A stretch of DNA of 64,000 nucleotides from Candidatus Micrarchaeota archaeon (lineage in GTDB: Archaea > Micrarchaeota > Micrarchaeia > Micrarchaeales > CABMGC01): positions 3,551 through 67,550 of the forward strand of contig JAKATZ010000014.1 of assembly GCA_021827925.1 (NCBI GenBank), given 5' to 3'. Under the pieces are notes generated by a model, which was not told the DNA's origin, did not search any database, and saw only the letters and a list, made by a program, of their open reading frames with translations. Of this stretch, positions 38,637 through 48,456 are shown piece by piece. Made by a program: the position numbers and the translations under genes. Position 1 is the stretch's first letter; each line of letters opens with the position of its first letter.

Positions 38637-39407
38637 ATGAAGGTATTTGATCTGGTAGAGAGCCCGGAAGTGGGCATTGTTGGCTGCTTACATGGAAATG
38701 AGAAGCTAGGAGCGCAGGTGATTAGAACGCTCTCGTCAAGAGAGAAAAAACTTCCGATACGTACGGTAATAGCGAACGAGGAGGCCATGAAGAGAGACGT
38801 GCGTTACATTGATACTGATCTAAACAGAAGCTTTCCAGGAGGCCAGGGAGGAGGGATAGAGGAGAGGCTTGCACCGAAGATACTCAAAGCTCTTGAAGGG
38901 TGTAGGTATATTATAGACATTCATTCGACAACATCAGGAATGGCTGACTGTGTAGTGACAACAACGGACAGCTTCAGGAAGAGGAAGGTAAGAGAGCTCA
39001 TCGAAGCGGTGCCCATAGGGAAGGTGGTCATAATGAACAAAAGTATCGGAAAAAGAAGGTCACTGATAGATCATGTCAGGTGTGGTGTATCTATCGAGTT
39101 CAGTCAAGACAGGGCAGCAGAGTCTGTTGCCGCTATAGTGGAGAGGAGCATAAGGAACTTTGGGGAGGACAGGAGGAGGCATTCACGCAAGGAGTATTTC
39201 AAGGTATTGCGCCCTTTGAAGATCAAGGACAGTTCTAAACTAATGATGAAGGATTTCAGGAGGGTGGCAAAAGGCAGCGCATTTGCAGTAGCAGCAGGCA
39301 AAAAGATCAGGGCAGACTACGACTTCTATCCAATATTCATAAATGAACGCGGCTATAAAGATACAACATGCATAATTGCAAAGAAGATCGTACTGGGAAA
39401 ACGTTAG
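38637..39407 (+). CDS. Succinylglutamate desuccinylase/aspartoacylase (AstE/AspA) family zinc deacylase
   Basis: VGIVGCLHGNE.LG (zinc His/Glu), DLNRSFPG and IDIHSTTSG. Confidence 0.65.
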   Translation: MKVFDLVESPEVGIVGCLHGNEKLGAQVIRTLSSREKKLPIRTVIANEEAMKRDVRYIDTDLNRSFPGGQGGGIEERLAPKILKALEGCRYIIDIHSTTSGMADCVVTTTDSFRKRKVRELIEAVPIGKVVIMNKSIGKRRSLIDHVRCGVSIEFSQDRAAESVAAIVERSIRNFGEDRRRHSRKEYFKVLRPLKIKDSSKLMMKDFRRVAKGSAFAVAAGKKIRADYDFYPIFINERGYKDTTCIIAKKIVLGKR

Positions 39408-40522
39408 AACTTCCAGAAACGCTTCTTTGGGTCCCCTTCGCTGCCATCCCTCAGGGTCCTGAATCTCTCGATAAGGTCGCGTTCTTCAGCGGAAAGGACC
39501 TTTGGCATCTCCACGTTTATGGTCACGATCTCATCTCCGTACGAACTGCCCCTGAACCTTCTTACACCGTGACCTTTTATCAGTAACCCCACGTTTGGCT
39601 GTGTTCCGGGCTCGATAAAAACTTTTTTCCCGCCTTTCAAGGTGGGAACTTCGGCTTCGCCTCCGAGTATAGCAAGGTAAAATGGGATTGTGACTGAAGC
39701 AAGGATGTTGTCGCCGTCTCTTTTGAAGGTTGTGTGAGGCAGAGTATTTATCTCGATATAAAGATCGCCCTTGCCGTATCTCGAATAGTCGCCCATTCCT
39801 TCAAGTCGTAGTCGCATGCCATCGCTTACACCTGCAGGGATATCCACATTCACCTTCTCTGTCGCAACTTCGCCGCCTGTTCCGCCACAATGCCTACAGC
39901 TCTTCTCATGCACCTTCCCAGTGCCGCTGCATCTATCGCATGCTGAGACAACTTGCACCTGACCGAACAGAGTATTGCTGGTACGTCTTACTCTGCCGGC
40001 ACCTCTGCATTCATTACACTTTATAACCTTTGACCCGGGCTCGGCCCCTGAGCCGCCGCAAGAACCGCATGCTCTGACATGCTTTACTGAGATGTCTTTC
40101 TTGGCTCCTTCAGCGACCTCTTCAAGGCGAAGATCCAAGCGATACAGGAGGCTGCGCCCTTGCTCTGGCCCTGGCTGCTGCCCGAAGAACCGGGAGAACA
40201 TGCCGCCGGGATCCGACCCCATTCCAAAATCCACATTAAGGCCGATATCTCTGAAGATGTCCTGAAAGTTGAACCCCCTGAAGATGTCCTCTTCGCTGTA
40301 TCTCTGGCCGAATTGTTCCGGTCCGTAAGTGTCGTACCGCTGCCTCTTTTCGGGATTTCCGAGAACGGCATATGCCTCGTTGATCTCCTTGAGTTTGGAC
40401 TCTGCGTCTGCAGACTTGTTCCTGTCAGGATGATACTTTAGCGCAAGGTCACGGTACGCTTTCTTTATCTGATCCTGCGTTGACGCCTTTGGCACTCCTA
40501 GTACGTCATAATAGTCCCGCAT
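39404..40522 (-). CDS. dnaJ: Chaperone DnaJ
   Basis: J domain DYYDVLGV...YHPDRN and four CxxCxGxG repeats. Confidence 0.95.
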   Translation of the reverse strand: MRDYYDVLGVPKASTQDQIKKAYRDLALKYHPDRNKSADAESKLKEINEAYAVLGNPEKRQRYDTYGPEQFGQRYSEEDIFRGFNFQDIFRDIGLNVDFGMGSDPGGMFSRFFGQQPGPEQGRSLLYRLDLRLEEVAEGAKKDISVKHVRACGSCGGSGAEPGSKVIKCNECRGAGRVRRTSNTLFGQVQVVSACDRCSGTGKVHEKSCRHCGGTGGEVATEKVNVDIPAGVSDGMRLRLEGMGDYSRYGKGDLYIEINTLPHTTFKRDGDNILASVTIPFYLAILGGEAEVPTLKGGKKVFIEPGTQPNVGLLIKGHGVRRFRGSSYGDEIVTINVEMPKVLSAEERDLIERFRTLRDGSEGDPKKRFWKF

Positions 40523-40532
40523 GCTGATCTGC

Positions 40533-42392
40533 TTATTTTTCTACCTTGAAATCGGTATTTACGGCATCTGAGCCGTCAGGGCTCTGTCCAGCAGAGCCCG
40601 CGCCATCCTCAGGACCAGGGGTTCCAACGCCCTCCCCTGCCTGGGGAGGCTGCCCGTATATGTTGGAGCCTATCTCCTTCAGGGCATCAGAGAGCTTTGA
40701 GACCTTCTCACGTATCTCATCGGTGCTTTCCCCCTTGACAGCTTCTGAGAGTTCGCTTTTTGCATCCTCGACCTTCTTGCGTACATCTTCGGGTATCTTG
40801 TCCTTGAATTCCTTGAGAGTGTTGTCCGCACTGTAGATGAGTGATTCGGCTTCGTTCTTTGACTGTATCTTCTCGAACTCCTCCTTGTCCCTCTGTGCAT
40901 ACTCCTCTGCCTCCTTGAGCTTCTTCTCAAGATCTGATTTGTCCATCTTGTTCGGAGCGATCACCTGCATGCTCTGCTCCTTCCCCGTCTTTGTGTCCTT
41001 TGCAGTGACATGCAGTATTCCGTTTGCATCTATATCGAAGGTGACCTCTATTTGCGGCACTCCTCTCGGAGCTGGAGGTATTCCCTTGAGCTGGAACCTT
41101 CCAAGCTCCACGTTGTCTTTTGAGAGCTTCCTCTCCCCCTGAAGGATATGTATATCTACCTCAGGTTGGTTGTCAGCTGCCGTTGTGAATACCTGCGACT
41201 TCTTTATAGGTATAGTAGTGTTGCGCTCTATAAGCGGAGTCATAACGCTTCCGAGAGTCTCTAGACCGAGAGAAAGCGGAGTCACATCGAGTAGGACTAT
41301 ATCCTTTACCTCACCGGTAAGGACCCCCGCCTGGATTGCTGCTCCGAAAGCGACAGCCTCCATCGGATCTACCCCGCGCTCTATCTTCTTGCCGAAAAGC
41401 TGCTCAACGTACCTCTGCACTAAGGGCATGCGTGTCGGCCCTCCCACAAGTATTATCCTGTCGATGTCCTTGGGCTCGAGCTTCGCATCCTTGAGTGCCT
41501 GCAGAGCCGGTTTTGTAGTTCTCTGCACTATGGGGAGGACGACATCCTCGAGCTTTGCACGCGTGAGGGAGTAAGAGAAGTTTATTGGGGTCTTGTTTGC
41601 GTCAAGCGCAAGGAAAGGAAGATTCACCTCGCTTGTAAGCGTTGTGGACAGCTCTATCTTGGCCTTCTCAGCGGCTTCCCTGAGCCTCTGCATAGCTTGC
41701 TTGTCTTTTGTGACGTCGATGGCGTGCTTCGAAGATATCTCTTTTGAGAGGAACTCTATTAGAGCATTGTCCATGTCTGTCCCTCCGAGCTGTGTATCTC
41801 CATTGGTTGACTTTACCTCGAACACCCCGTTGCCGAACTCCATTATAGTAACGTCAAGCGTTCCTCCTCCGAAGTCGTACACGAGAATCTTCATGTCTTT
41901 GCCCTGCTTGTCTATCCCATATGCGAGAGATGCCGCAGTAGGCTCGTTGACCAGCCGCACTACCTCAAGGCCCGCTATCTCCCCTGCGTCTTTTGTGGCC
42001 TGGCGCTGATTGTCATTGAAGTAGGCCGGAACCGTTATCACTGCCTTTTTGACTTCTTCGCCGAGGAATGCCTCTGCGTCCTTCTTTATCTTCTGCAGCA
42101 CCATTGCAGATAGCTCCTGCGGAGTGTAATCCTTGCCGTACACTTTGTACTTCGAGTCGGTACCCATTTTTCTCTTGAAGGCATAGAGTGTGCCTTCCGG
42201 ATTTGCGATCGCCTGGCGTTTCGCAGGCTCGCCGATAAGTCTGCTGCTGTCCTTTGTAAAAGCAACATAGCTGGGGAAGGACTTTCCATAAAGCGATGTG
42301 CCCTCAGCGCTGGGTATCAGCACTGGCCTTCCTGCCTCAAGTACGGCTGCAGCAGAATTCGATGTCCCAAGGTCTATTCCTATTATCTTCAT
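40533..42392 (-). CDS. dnaK: Chaperone DnaK (Hsp70)
   Basis: [19 protein letters not shown] and VGGPTRMP signatures. Confidence 0.97.
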   Translation of the reverse strand: MKIIGIDLGTSNSAAAVLEAGRPVLIPSAEGTSLYGKSFPSYVAFTKDSSRLIGEPAKRQAIANPEGTLYAFKRKMGTDSKYKVYGKDYTPQELSAMVLQKIKKDAEAFLGEEVKKAVITVPAYFNDNQRQATKDAGEIAGLEVVRLVNEPTAASLAYGIDKQGKDMKILVYDFGGGTLDVTIMEFGNGVFEVKSTNGDTQLGGTDMDNALIEFLSKEISSKHAIDVTKDKQAMQRLREAAEKAKIELSTTLTSEVNLPFLALDANKTPINFSYSLTRAKLEDVVLPIVQRTTKPALQALKDAKLEPKDIDRIILVGGPTRMPLVQRYVEQLFGKKIERGVDPMEAVAFGAAIQAGVLTGEVKDIVLLDVTPLSLGLETLGSVMTPLIERNTTIPIKKSQVFTTAADNQPEVDIHILQGERKLSKDNVELGRFQLKGIPPAPRGVPQIEVTFDIDANGILHVTAKDTKTGKEQSMQVIAPNKMDKSDLEKKLKEAEEYAQRDKEEFEKIQSKNEAESLIYSADNTLKEFKDKIPEDVRKKVEDAKSELSEAVKGESTDEIREKVSKLSDALKEIGSNIYGQPPQAGEGVGTPGPEDGAGSAGQSPDGSDAVNTDFKVEK

Positions 42393-42396
42393 GTTA

Positions 42397-42894
42397 TCAC
42401 GTTGTTTTTCCTTGCTCCTGTTTTGTCTCTTTCGAGACTACAACCGAAGCAGGCCTTAGCATAATCTCATTGAGCATGTATCCCTTCCTTATGGTTTCTA
42501 TGATAGTGCCATCAGACTCCTGACTCTCCCTTGTCAGCACTATCTCATGTTTGTAAGGATCGAACCTTCCTTGTGAATTGATCTCACGTAGCCCATCCTT
42601 CCGGAGAGTATCGCTCAGATTTGAAAATATCAGCGCTATCCCCTTCTCGCTCTCACTTTTCAGCGCCATCGACTCTATCGCTATCTCGAATTCATCAAGA
42701 ACCGGAAGCAGATGTGATACGCATTCAGCCTTGCCGATGCCTTTTGCGCCTTCTAGTTCCTTTGCAGTCCTTTTCTTGTAGTTATCGAACTCAGCAGCAA
42801 GGCGAAGGAACCTGTCCTTCATCTCCTCTCGTTCTTTCTCCCATGCCTGCTTTCCAGCAGAGGCGGTTTCTTCAGAAGCCTTCTTATCGTCCAT
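42397..42894 (-). CDS. grpE: Nucleotide exchange factor GrpE
   Basis: [11 protein letters not shown] and FDP..HE motifs, positioned upstream of dnaK. Confidence 0.9.
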   Translation of the reverse strand: MDDKKASEETASAGKQAWEKEREEMKDRFLRLAAEFDNYKKRTAKELEGAKGIGKAECVSHLLPVLDEFEIAIESMALKSESEKGIALIFSNLSDTLRKDGLREINSQGRFDPYKHEIVLTRESQESDGTIIETIRKGYMLNEIMLRPASVVVSKETKQEQGKTT

Positions 42895-43294
42895 TCATCT
42901 CCTCCTCCAATATCTCATCCATTTTCTCTGCAAATTCCAGGAGCTTCTTGAACTCCATCATAAGATCCGACTGTAGTTCTGTGATGGTGCCAGTCATGTC
43001 TCCAGAGCGCAGGTAGTACTTTCTGCCCTTCCTTATTATTATTCCAGAATATATGAAACGGTTTAGATGGTATATGACTGTACTGCGAGGTATGGACAGT
43101 TTCTCGTTGAGTTTCTTGCTCGTTACCCCATTGCCGCTCATGCTGCTCTCTGCTATCTCCTTGAGCAGTGCGGGTTCGGAATCATTGCCAGACAGATCGA
43201 ATACTTCGCAGAATAGCGCAGTAAGGCCATCGATGCCGTCTTTGCGTGGCCTGTTCATTGCCCGCTTGATGACCAGCTTTTCCACGTTTGACAT
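42884..43294 (-). CDS. Winged-helix transcription regulator heading the grpE-dnaK-dnaJ operon
   Basis: LSIPRSTVIYHLNRF..SGII.RKGRKYYL is a wHTH recognition helix plus wing. It overlaps the grpE start by 11 nt. Confidence 0.6.
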   Translation of the reverse strand: MSNVEKLVIKRAMNRPRKDGIDGLTALFCEVFDLSGNDSEPALLKEIAESSMSGNGVTSKKLNEKLSIPRSTVIYHLNRFIYSGIIIRKGRKYYLRSGDMTGTITELQSDLMMEFKKLLEFAEKMDEILEEEMNGR

Positions 43295-43316
43295 ATGATC
43301 AATGTTTAACCTATTA

Positions 43317-43328
43317 AATATATAAACA
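43317..43328 (-). promoter_or_regulatory. TATA-box-like element for the HTH-grpE-dnaK-dnaJ operon
   Basis: GTTTATATATTT on the minus strand, about 25-35 nt upstream of ATG 43294. Confidence 0.3.
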
Positions 43329-43449
43329 TTTGCTTTTTTACAACAAAATATTGTAAATTTTCATAATGAAGTTGAATAGCCAGCATCATCCATTGCAGAG
43401 GCAATTGTGCAATTGCATGTATATATTTGTTTGCTGGATTATCTACATC

Positions 43450-43764
43450 ATGCCGGACTTCTCAATGATCATAACGACTTTCCCGCGCAAGAAGGATGCT
43501 GAGAGGATCGCGAAGGAGCTTGTGAAAAGAAGGCTTGCCGCCTGCGTGCAGATAATTCCCGCAAACAGCGTGTACCGATGGAATGGCAGCATTAAGAATG
43601 ACAGGGAGGTGATCTGCATGATTAAGGGGAGGAGGAAGGATTTTGAAAGGGTAGAATGCGCAATAAAGGAGTTGCACAGTTACGAGGTGCCGGAGATAAT
43701 TTCGGTCAGAATGGATGGCGGCAGCAGGGATTACATGGCGTGGCTTGCAGACTCTACTGGATGA
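43450..43764 (+). CDS. cutA: Divalent-cation tolerance protein CutA
   Basis: RLAACVQI.P..S.Y.W.G.I...E....IK and H.YEVPEI are typical of CutA1. Start at ATG 43450. Confidence 0.8.
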   Translation: MPDFSMIITTFPRKKDAERIAKELVKRRLAACVQIIPANSVYRWNGSIKNDREVICMIKGRRKDFERVECAIKELHSYEVPEIISVRMDGGSRDYMAWLADSTG

Positions 43765-44387
43765 TAAGCATGGGAGAGGAGACACTTATGCCTTCGTTCT
43801 CATTCGTAGGCAGGATGGCTAGCGGTAAGAGCACATATGCAGATGAGATGGCCAGGAAGATGAGCTCCGAGCTAGGGATACGGATTTACAGGGCTTCATT
43901 ATCGGCGAAGATATCTGAGGTTGCAAAAGAGCTCTTTGGTATGGAGGGAAAGGACAGAAGGCTTCTACAGAAGATAGGCACCAAGATGCGCGAAATAGAT
44001 CCCGAGGTGTGGGCTAGGCTGCTAGTGCAGAATGCAATTGCCTTTAAGACCATGCCGATGATTATCGACGGAATCAGAACGCATGGAGAAGAGGCTGTCA
44101 TCAGGGAAGGAATACCCGGAATGTTCATAGTAAGGCTTGAGACAAGGGAACATGAGAGGCTTGCTGCATTCGAAGCCGAGCATGGGAGGCGTCCTACAGA
44201 GGAAGAGCTTAATGATATTACTGAAGAAGGCATAGCAAGCATAAGGGAAGATATTACCATGTCAAATCCTTATCGCAGGGACCTGATGGAGAAGCAGATA
44301 GGCATGCTCGTTGATATGGTCAGAGAAGGCAGGCTGAGCGGATCCGGAAGCACGGATAGGACATTTCAGGCCTGGTCTGTGCCGTGA
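43761..44387 (+). CDS. P-loop nucleotide/nucleoside kinase-like protein
   Basis: Walker A GRMASGKST and a DG(I/V)R block, ~200 aa. The start overlaps the cutA stop (ATGA); ATG 43770 or 43788 are also possible. Confidence 0.45.
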   Translation: MISMGEETLMPSFSFVGRMASGKSTYADEMARKMSSELGIRIYRASLSAKISEVAKELFGMEGKDRRLLQKIGTKMREIDPEVWARLLVQNAIAFKTMPMIIDGIRTHGEEAVIREGIPGMFIVRLETREHERLAAFEAEHGRRPTEEELNDITEEGIASIREDITMSNPYRRDLMEKQIGMLVDMVREGRLSGSGSTDRTFQAWSVP

Positions 44388-45712
44388 TCCCTGCGCCCTA
44401 TGCCGAAATAATCGAGAACTGCAGGCGCCACATCAAGGACACAGGGATTTGATGGCATAACTGCAGAGCTGGAAGGATGTATGCCTATTATGCCATGGCG
44501 CGTATGATCTCCGCTCTTGGAATCCTCCGGCTTCAGGAAATTGCTATCAGAGAAACTGAATATGTCTATGACGTATCCTTCTTTCGCCTGGACGAATATG
44601 TCAGGTGCTATGAATTTCGTAGTGCCCAGGTAGTAATCTTTGGCATCAATTACCTCACAGAACACCTTGTCGCCTTCCGCACTTCTTGCGGCGCGCAGGA
44701 GGTCCATAAGCTCGGCTTTCACACTGGGGCGCTCTTCTTCAGGGACTGCGCCTGATTCGAATCTTTTATCATTTATCCAGATGGAACATACTGCGCCGTA
44801 TGAAAGTGCCGCGAATGCCTTTGTCCTGGCCATATCAAAATCGAGATGGTGCAGCCTTGAGCCGTTTGCGTTTCCTTTTTGCCGTTCTGGAAGCGAGATG
44901 TAGGAGTGCTTTTCAAGATAGGAGTTTATAAGGAACTTGTTGGCTATCGGTTGTGCCCCATGATCCGATACAAGTAGCAGCGAACCTCCCTCTTTATCAG
45001 AGATGCCGATAAGGTAATTTATGAAGTCGGATATTTCGCGATATACGGAATAGACAAGTGTGCGGCGGTGCGGATCGCTAAGTGCGAAGTGCTGTATCCT
45101 ATCCGTTTCGGTGAAACATACGAAAACGAAGTCATAGCTGCCTGATTCGAGGAGCTCGCGCGAGATGGCTGCGCGCCTTCTTGCACTATCGGCGAGTATG
45201 CCAGCTGCTTGCGCGATGCTTATATCTCTGCTCTTTATCATCTTCTCAACATCGGGCTCGCCGCTGAAATCATGCTTCTCAACTACAGAGGATATTGATG
45301 GGCTTGACTTAGGCTTCAATGGAAATCCCGTGATCATGTCTATATTGCCGTTGTCAGAAAGTTTTGTGTCAGTGGCAGGAGTTATGACCAGGCAGCGGAG
45401 CCCTGATTCGGCAAGAAGCTCCCAGAAGGGCGGATTCTGGCGCGGGTCGTAGAAAATTAGCTGCTGCGAATAGTCCCCCTTTATCTCAAAGAAGTCAGGC
45501 ACACCGTGCTCTCCCGGAGGCAGTCCAGTGTATATGCTGGGCCATGCTGCTCCTGTCATAGGGGGAAGGGTGGATTCCATCTCGGATATACTCCCGTTTT
45601 TCAAGAAGCGCGAAAAGCCGGCAGCTATGCCGTTCTCGGTCAACTCGTTGATAAGCCACAGTGGAGCAGAATCTATACCCACCATGTAAAGTTTTTTGCC
45701 CTTCTTTTCCAT
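44366..45712 (-). CDS. Second alkaline-phosphatase-superfamily phosphodiesterase/nucleotide pyrophosphatase-like protein
   Basis: LYMVGIDSAP, TLPPMTGAAWPSIYTG, CFTETDRIQH and LLLVSDHGA. I place the start at ATG 45712, with a TATA-like element ~35 nt upstream, rather than the track start 45964. Confidence 0.65.
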   Translation of the reverse strand: MEKKGKKLYMVGIDSAPLWLINELTENGIAAGFSRFLKNGSISEMESTLPPMTGAAWPSIYTGLPPGEHGVPDFFEIKGDYSQQLIFYDPRQNPPFWELLAESGLRCLVITPATDTKLSDNGNIDMITGFPLKPKSSPSISSVVEKHDFSGEPDVEKMIKSRDISIAQAAGILADSARRRAAISRELLESGSYDFVFVCFTETDRIQHFALSDPHRRTLVYSVYREISDFINYLIGISDKEGGSLLLVSDHGAQPIANKFLINSYLEKHSYISLPERQKGNANGSRLHHLDFDMARTKAFAALSYGAVCSIWINDKRFESGAVPEEERPSVKAELMDLLRAARSAEGDKVFCEVIDAKDYYLGTTKFIAPDIFVQAKEGYVIDIFSFSDSNFLKPEDSKSGDHTRHGIIGIHPSSSAVMPSNPCVLDVAPAVLDYFGIGRRDHGTDQA

Positions 45713-45743
45713 GCATAGCGCCGTGCCTTTATTTGGCCGATAA

Positions 45744-45756
45744 GGATATATAATCC
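45744..45756 (-). promoter_or_regulatory. TATA-box-like element upstream of the 44366-45712 gene
   Basis: GGATTATATATCC on the minus strand, 32-44 nt upstream of ATG 45712. Confidence 0.3.
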
Positions 45757-45763
45757 CAATGCT

Positions 45764-45937
45764 ATGAGGACTAATGGGAGTTACATGTGCAAGCACTGCA
45801 ATGTAAACTGCGATTGCGACTGCTCCGGGCAGAGGTCCAAATTCTTCGTCAATTCTGGTTGCAGCATATACCTTTACGATTACACCTGCCCTAAGTGCAG
45901 CCACACTTTTGACATCAGCCTCGACGATGCAAAATAG
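45764..45937 (+). CDS. Possible small (57 aa) zinc-ribbon protein below the ORF-track cutoff
   Basis: Translated by hand: MRTNGSYMCKHCNVNCDCDCSGQRSKFFVNSGCSIYLYDYTCPKCSHTFDISLDDAK. It has CxxC...CPxC pairs plus CxCxC. No convincing promoter spacing is visible. Confidence 0.3.
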   Translation: MRTNGSYMCKHCNVNCDCDCSGQRSKFFVNSGCSIYLYDYTCPKCSHTFDISLDDAK

Positions 45938-47384
45938 TCCGTTTCCCTCTCCCTCTTCCGGCATACAGGGAGAACGTCCTTTCTATAATTTCTGAGGATT
46001 TTCCGAGATACGTCCGGGGGTCGGAAAGTTCTGATATCTCTGAATGAGAGAGAAATCCGGATATATCAACATTCTTAAGAAGAAGATCTGCGTACGCGGT
46101 TCTAGACTTCAAGGCTTCGAGCGCAAGCTGCTGGGAGAGGAGTCTTGCCGCTGACCTGTGCATCCCCTTTGATATCAGCCTGCTCATTATGCGTTGTGCA
46201 GTAACGGCCCCATAGGTGGAACCCAGATTAGAGCGTATGCGATCCTTTTCAGGCTTCACGCGCCTTATAACATTCTCAAGAAGCCTGGCAGAATAGTCTG
46301 CAAGGACAAATGCCTCGGATATGGAGATTCTGTCAGAAAGCGATGCCGTAAGATCCCTGAAGTCTTCGCTGAGCATCGATTCCAGAGAGGTTGATGCGAA
46401 CCCGCGCAATGTCCGAGATATAGAGATACACCTCTCCTCAATGAAAGGGTTTCCGTGCACGTTCTTGTGAGGCATGGCTGAGCTGCTTACGGATTTGCGG
46501 TCCACTGGCTCGATTAGCTCGAGTATCTCGGTACGCCTTAGCGTCTTGATGTATTCGGCTATGCTGGCTATCCTGCCACCGAGTACGGCTATGTCTGTCA
46601 GAATGTAAGATATGTTCTCGCGCGGCGGGGTCTGCATCGATACCGCAGAGGGCCTTATACCCAGCTTGCCGAGGGCGCGACGCTCTATTTCGAAGCCATC
46701 CATGCCCTCGTCTGAAGAGACATCGTAGCTGCCAACGGCTCCTGAAAGCTTTCCTTCGGTGCAGTTCTCAAGGTCATAACGCAGCCTCTCTACGGATTTG
46801 TTTAAGCAGAAACCGAAGAATGCAAACGGCATACCGAAAGAGACAGGTATTGCGTGCTGCCCATGGGTTCTTGCTATAGCTGCAATGGCTTTCCATTCAA
46901 CTGATACTGCGAGACATGAATCGCGTAGGCTTTCAGTTGTCTCGAGCAGGATCGCAAGCCCTTTTCGCATCTGAACTGCTTTGGCGGTCTCTATGACGTC
47001 TGCTGAAGTCAGGGAGTAGTGTACGTAGGCTCCGCTCTTGCCGGCTTGCTTTGAAAGCTCTTTTATTATGGCTGCTGTTTCGTGGTGGGTCTCGCGGGCC
47101 TCTATCCTGTGGACTTCGTCAGGCTTCACGCGCCTTACGCTTGCGGCCTTGCGTATGCTTCTGGCCGCAGATGGAGGCACCTTGCCAGGATAAAGCTCGG
47201 ATATTGCTGTTGAAGCGGCAGATTCAGCATCCAGTATTGATTGGAGATAACCTGACTCTCCAAATATACGAGTCATGCGCGTGCCATACCTGACCCCTGT
47301 TGGAGAAACGTTCTCTGAATGAACTGAACCATAGGAGACATCCAGCTTGGGTCCGGTTTTACTACTGCGCTCGGTGCGGGGCAT
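45915..47384 (-). CDS. purB: Adenylosuccinate lyase
   Basis: Fumarate-lyase-family layout with RY..R.M..IF, TSADV and SSSAMPHK...NP signature (with a small insertion). Its start is 2 nt from the purA stop. Confidence 0.8.
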   Translation of the reverse strand: MPRTERSSKTGPKLDVSYGSVHSENVSPTGVRYGTRMTRIFGESGYLQSILDAESAASTAISELYPGKVPPSAARSIRKAASVRRVKPDEVHRIEARETHHETAAIIKELSKQAGKSGAYVHYSLTSADVIETAKAVQMRKGLAILLETTESLRDSCLAVSVEWKAIAAIARTHGQHAIPVSFGMPFAFFGFCLNKSVERLRYDLENCTEGKLSGAVGSYDVSSDEGMDGFEIERRALGKLGIRPSAVSMQTPPRENISYILTDIAVLGGRIASIAEYIKTLRRTEILELIEPVDRKSVSSSAMPHKNVHGNPFIEERCISISRTLRGFASTSLESMLSEDFRDLTASLSDRISISEAFVLADYSARLLENVIRRVKPEKDRIRSNLGSTYGAVTAQRIMSRLISKGMHRSAARLLSQQLALEALKSRTAYADLLLKNVDISGFLSHSEISELSDPRTYLGKSSEIIERTFSLYAGRGRGKRTILHRRG

Positions 47385-47386
47385 GC

Positions 47387-48403
47387 TTATCGCCCCGATA
47401 TCTTCTCATCGCGCAGATCTATGATGTCGTAGACGTCCTCCCCGGTACCTATCAGTGTAACAGGTATTCCGACCTCTTTTTCAATCTTTTCGATCCAACG
47501 TTTGGCCTCAGAAGGCAGTTTTTCGTACCTTTTTATGCCGTTCACGTTCTTGAATCGTATATCAAGCTTTGTTATCGCTATCTGCGTAGCCGAGTTTATG
47601 GAAGCCACGTCCTTGGCCAACTCTGCATCGAAATCGGCAACACGGCGTCGCCTTCCCGTGACAGTCCCATACTCTACCATGCCCATCTTGTCGGCATCCG
47701 TAGGCGATAGTTCGCCTTCAAGCGGACCCGCACCTACCCGCGTTATGAATGATTTGAATACCAGTATTACATTTCCGACATATTTAGGGCCTACACCGAC
47801 CTCGCTCAATACTCCCGAAGAGGTGGCATTTCGGCTTGTTACGTAAGGATAAGCGCCGTGATACAGGCTGAGAAGATGGCCTTGCGTTCCTTCAACAAGC
47901 ACACCCTTCCCCTTTGCAAGAGCCTTTGTGAGTTCAAGAGGTACGTCCTTTATGAATCCGCTTATCTCAGGATAATCTTTTGCAAGCTTGAGTCTGCGCA
48001 GAATTCGCTTTGACTCGGCACTGCCGACTCCCTGCACGGTGCTGCCGACTTCACCGCTTAGAAACTTGTTGCTCTTCTCCTCGTTTACCTCTTCTTCTGT
48101 TATGACGGCTGCATGGCCGTCTATGATGACTCTGTTCTTTGATCCTGTTTCATCCATCTCCTTGAAAAGGACGTCAAGCTTGATCAGAGCGCCAGGGGGT
48201 ATTGCCAGTTTTGATTTCCTGTTTACGAATGCCGAAGGGATGGTCCTGAGCGGATACTTTTTCTCCTCGAAAACCACGGTATGGCCCGCGTTGATCCCGC
48301 CGGTTCGGAGCGAGAATGCAGGAGCGTCATTCAGCGCAAGATACGATGCCACTTTTCCCTTCCCCTCGTCACCGTAGAATCCGCCTACGACAAGATCTAT
48401 CAC
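47387..48403 (-). CDS. purA: Adenylosuccinate synthetase (short archaeal form)
   Basis: [13 protein letters not shown] and [10 protein letters not shown] place the start at GTG 48403 because a TATA-like element lies inside the track N-terminal extension. Confidence 0.85.
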   Translation of the reverse strand: MIDLVVGGFYGDEGKGKVASYLALNDAPAFSLRTGGINAGHTVVFEEKKYPLRTIPSAFVNRKSKLAIPPGALIKLDVLFKEMDETGSKNRVIIDGHAAVITEEEVNEEKSNKFLSGEVGSTVQGVGSAESKRILRRLKLAKDYPEISGFIKDVPLELTKALAKGKGVLVEGTQGHLLSLYHGAYPYVTSRNATSSGVLSEVGVGPKYVGNVILVFKSFITRVGAGPLEGELSPTDADKMGMVEYGTVTGRRRRVADFDAELAKDVASINSATQIAITKLDIRFKNVNGIKRYEKLPSEAKRWIEKIEKEVGIPVTLIGTGEDVYDIIDLRDEKISGR

Positions 48404-48433
48404 GCAGACACCAAGGATGAATCGATGGCCTCG

Positions 48434-48443
48434 TTTATATAAT
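48434..48443 (-). promoter_or_regulatory. TATA-box-like element for purA-purB
   Basis: AAATTATATAAACG on the minus strand, ~30-40 nt upstream of GTG 48403. Confidence 0.3.
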
Positions 48444-48456
48444 TTACGCACAGGCC

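Noticed and set aside
45713-45964. An 84-codon N-terminal extension of the second phosphodiesterase that overlaps purB
   Set aside because: An internal ATG at 45712 directly precedes the conserved metal-binding block and has a TATA-like element ~35 nt upstream. The extension would overlap the purB 3' end in the same orientation.
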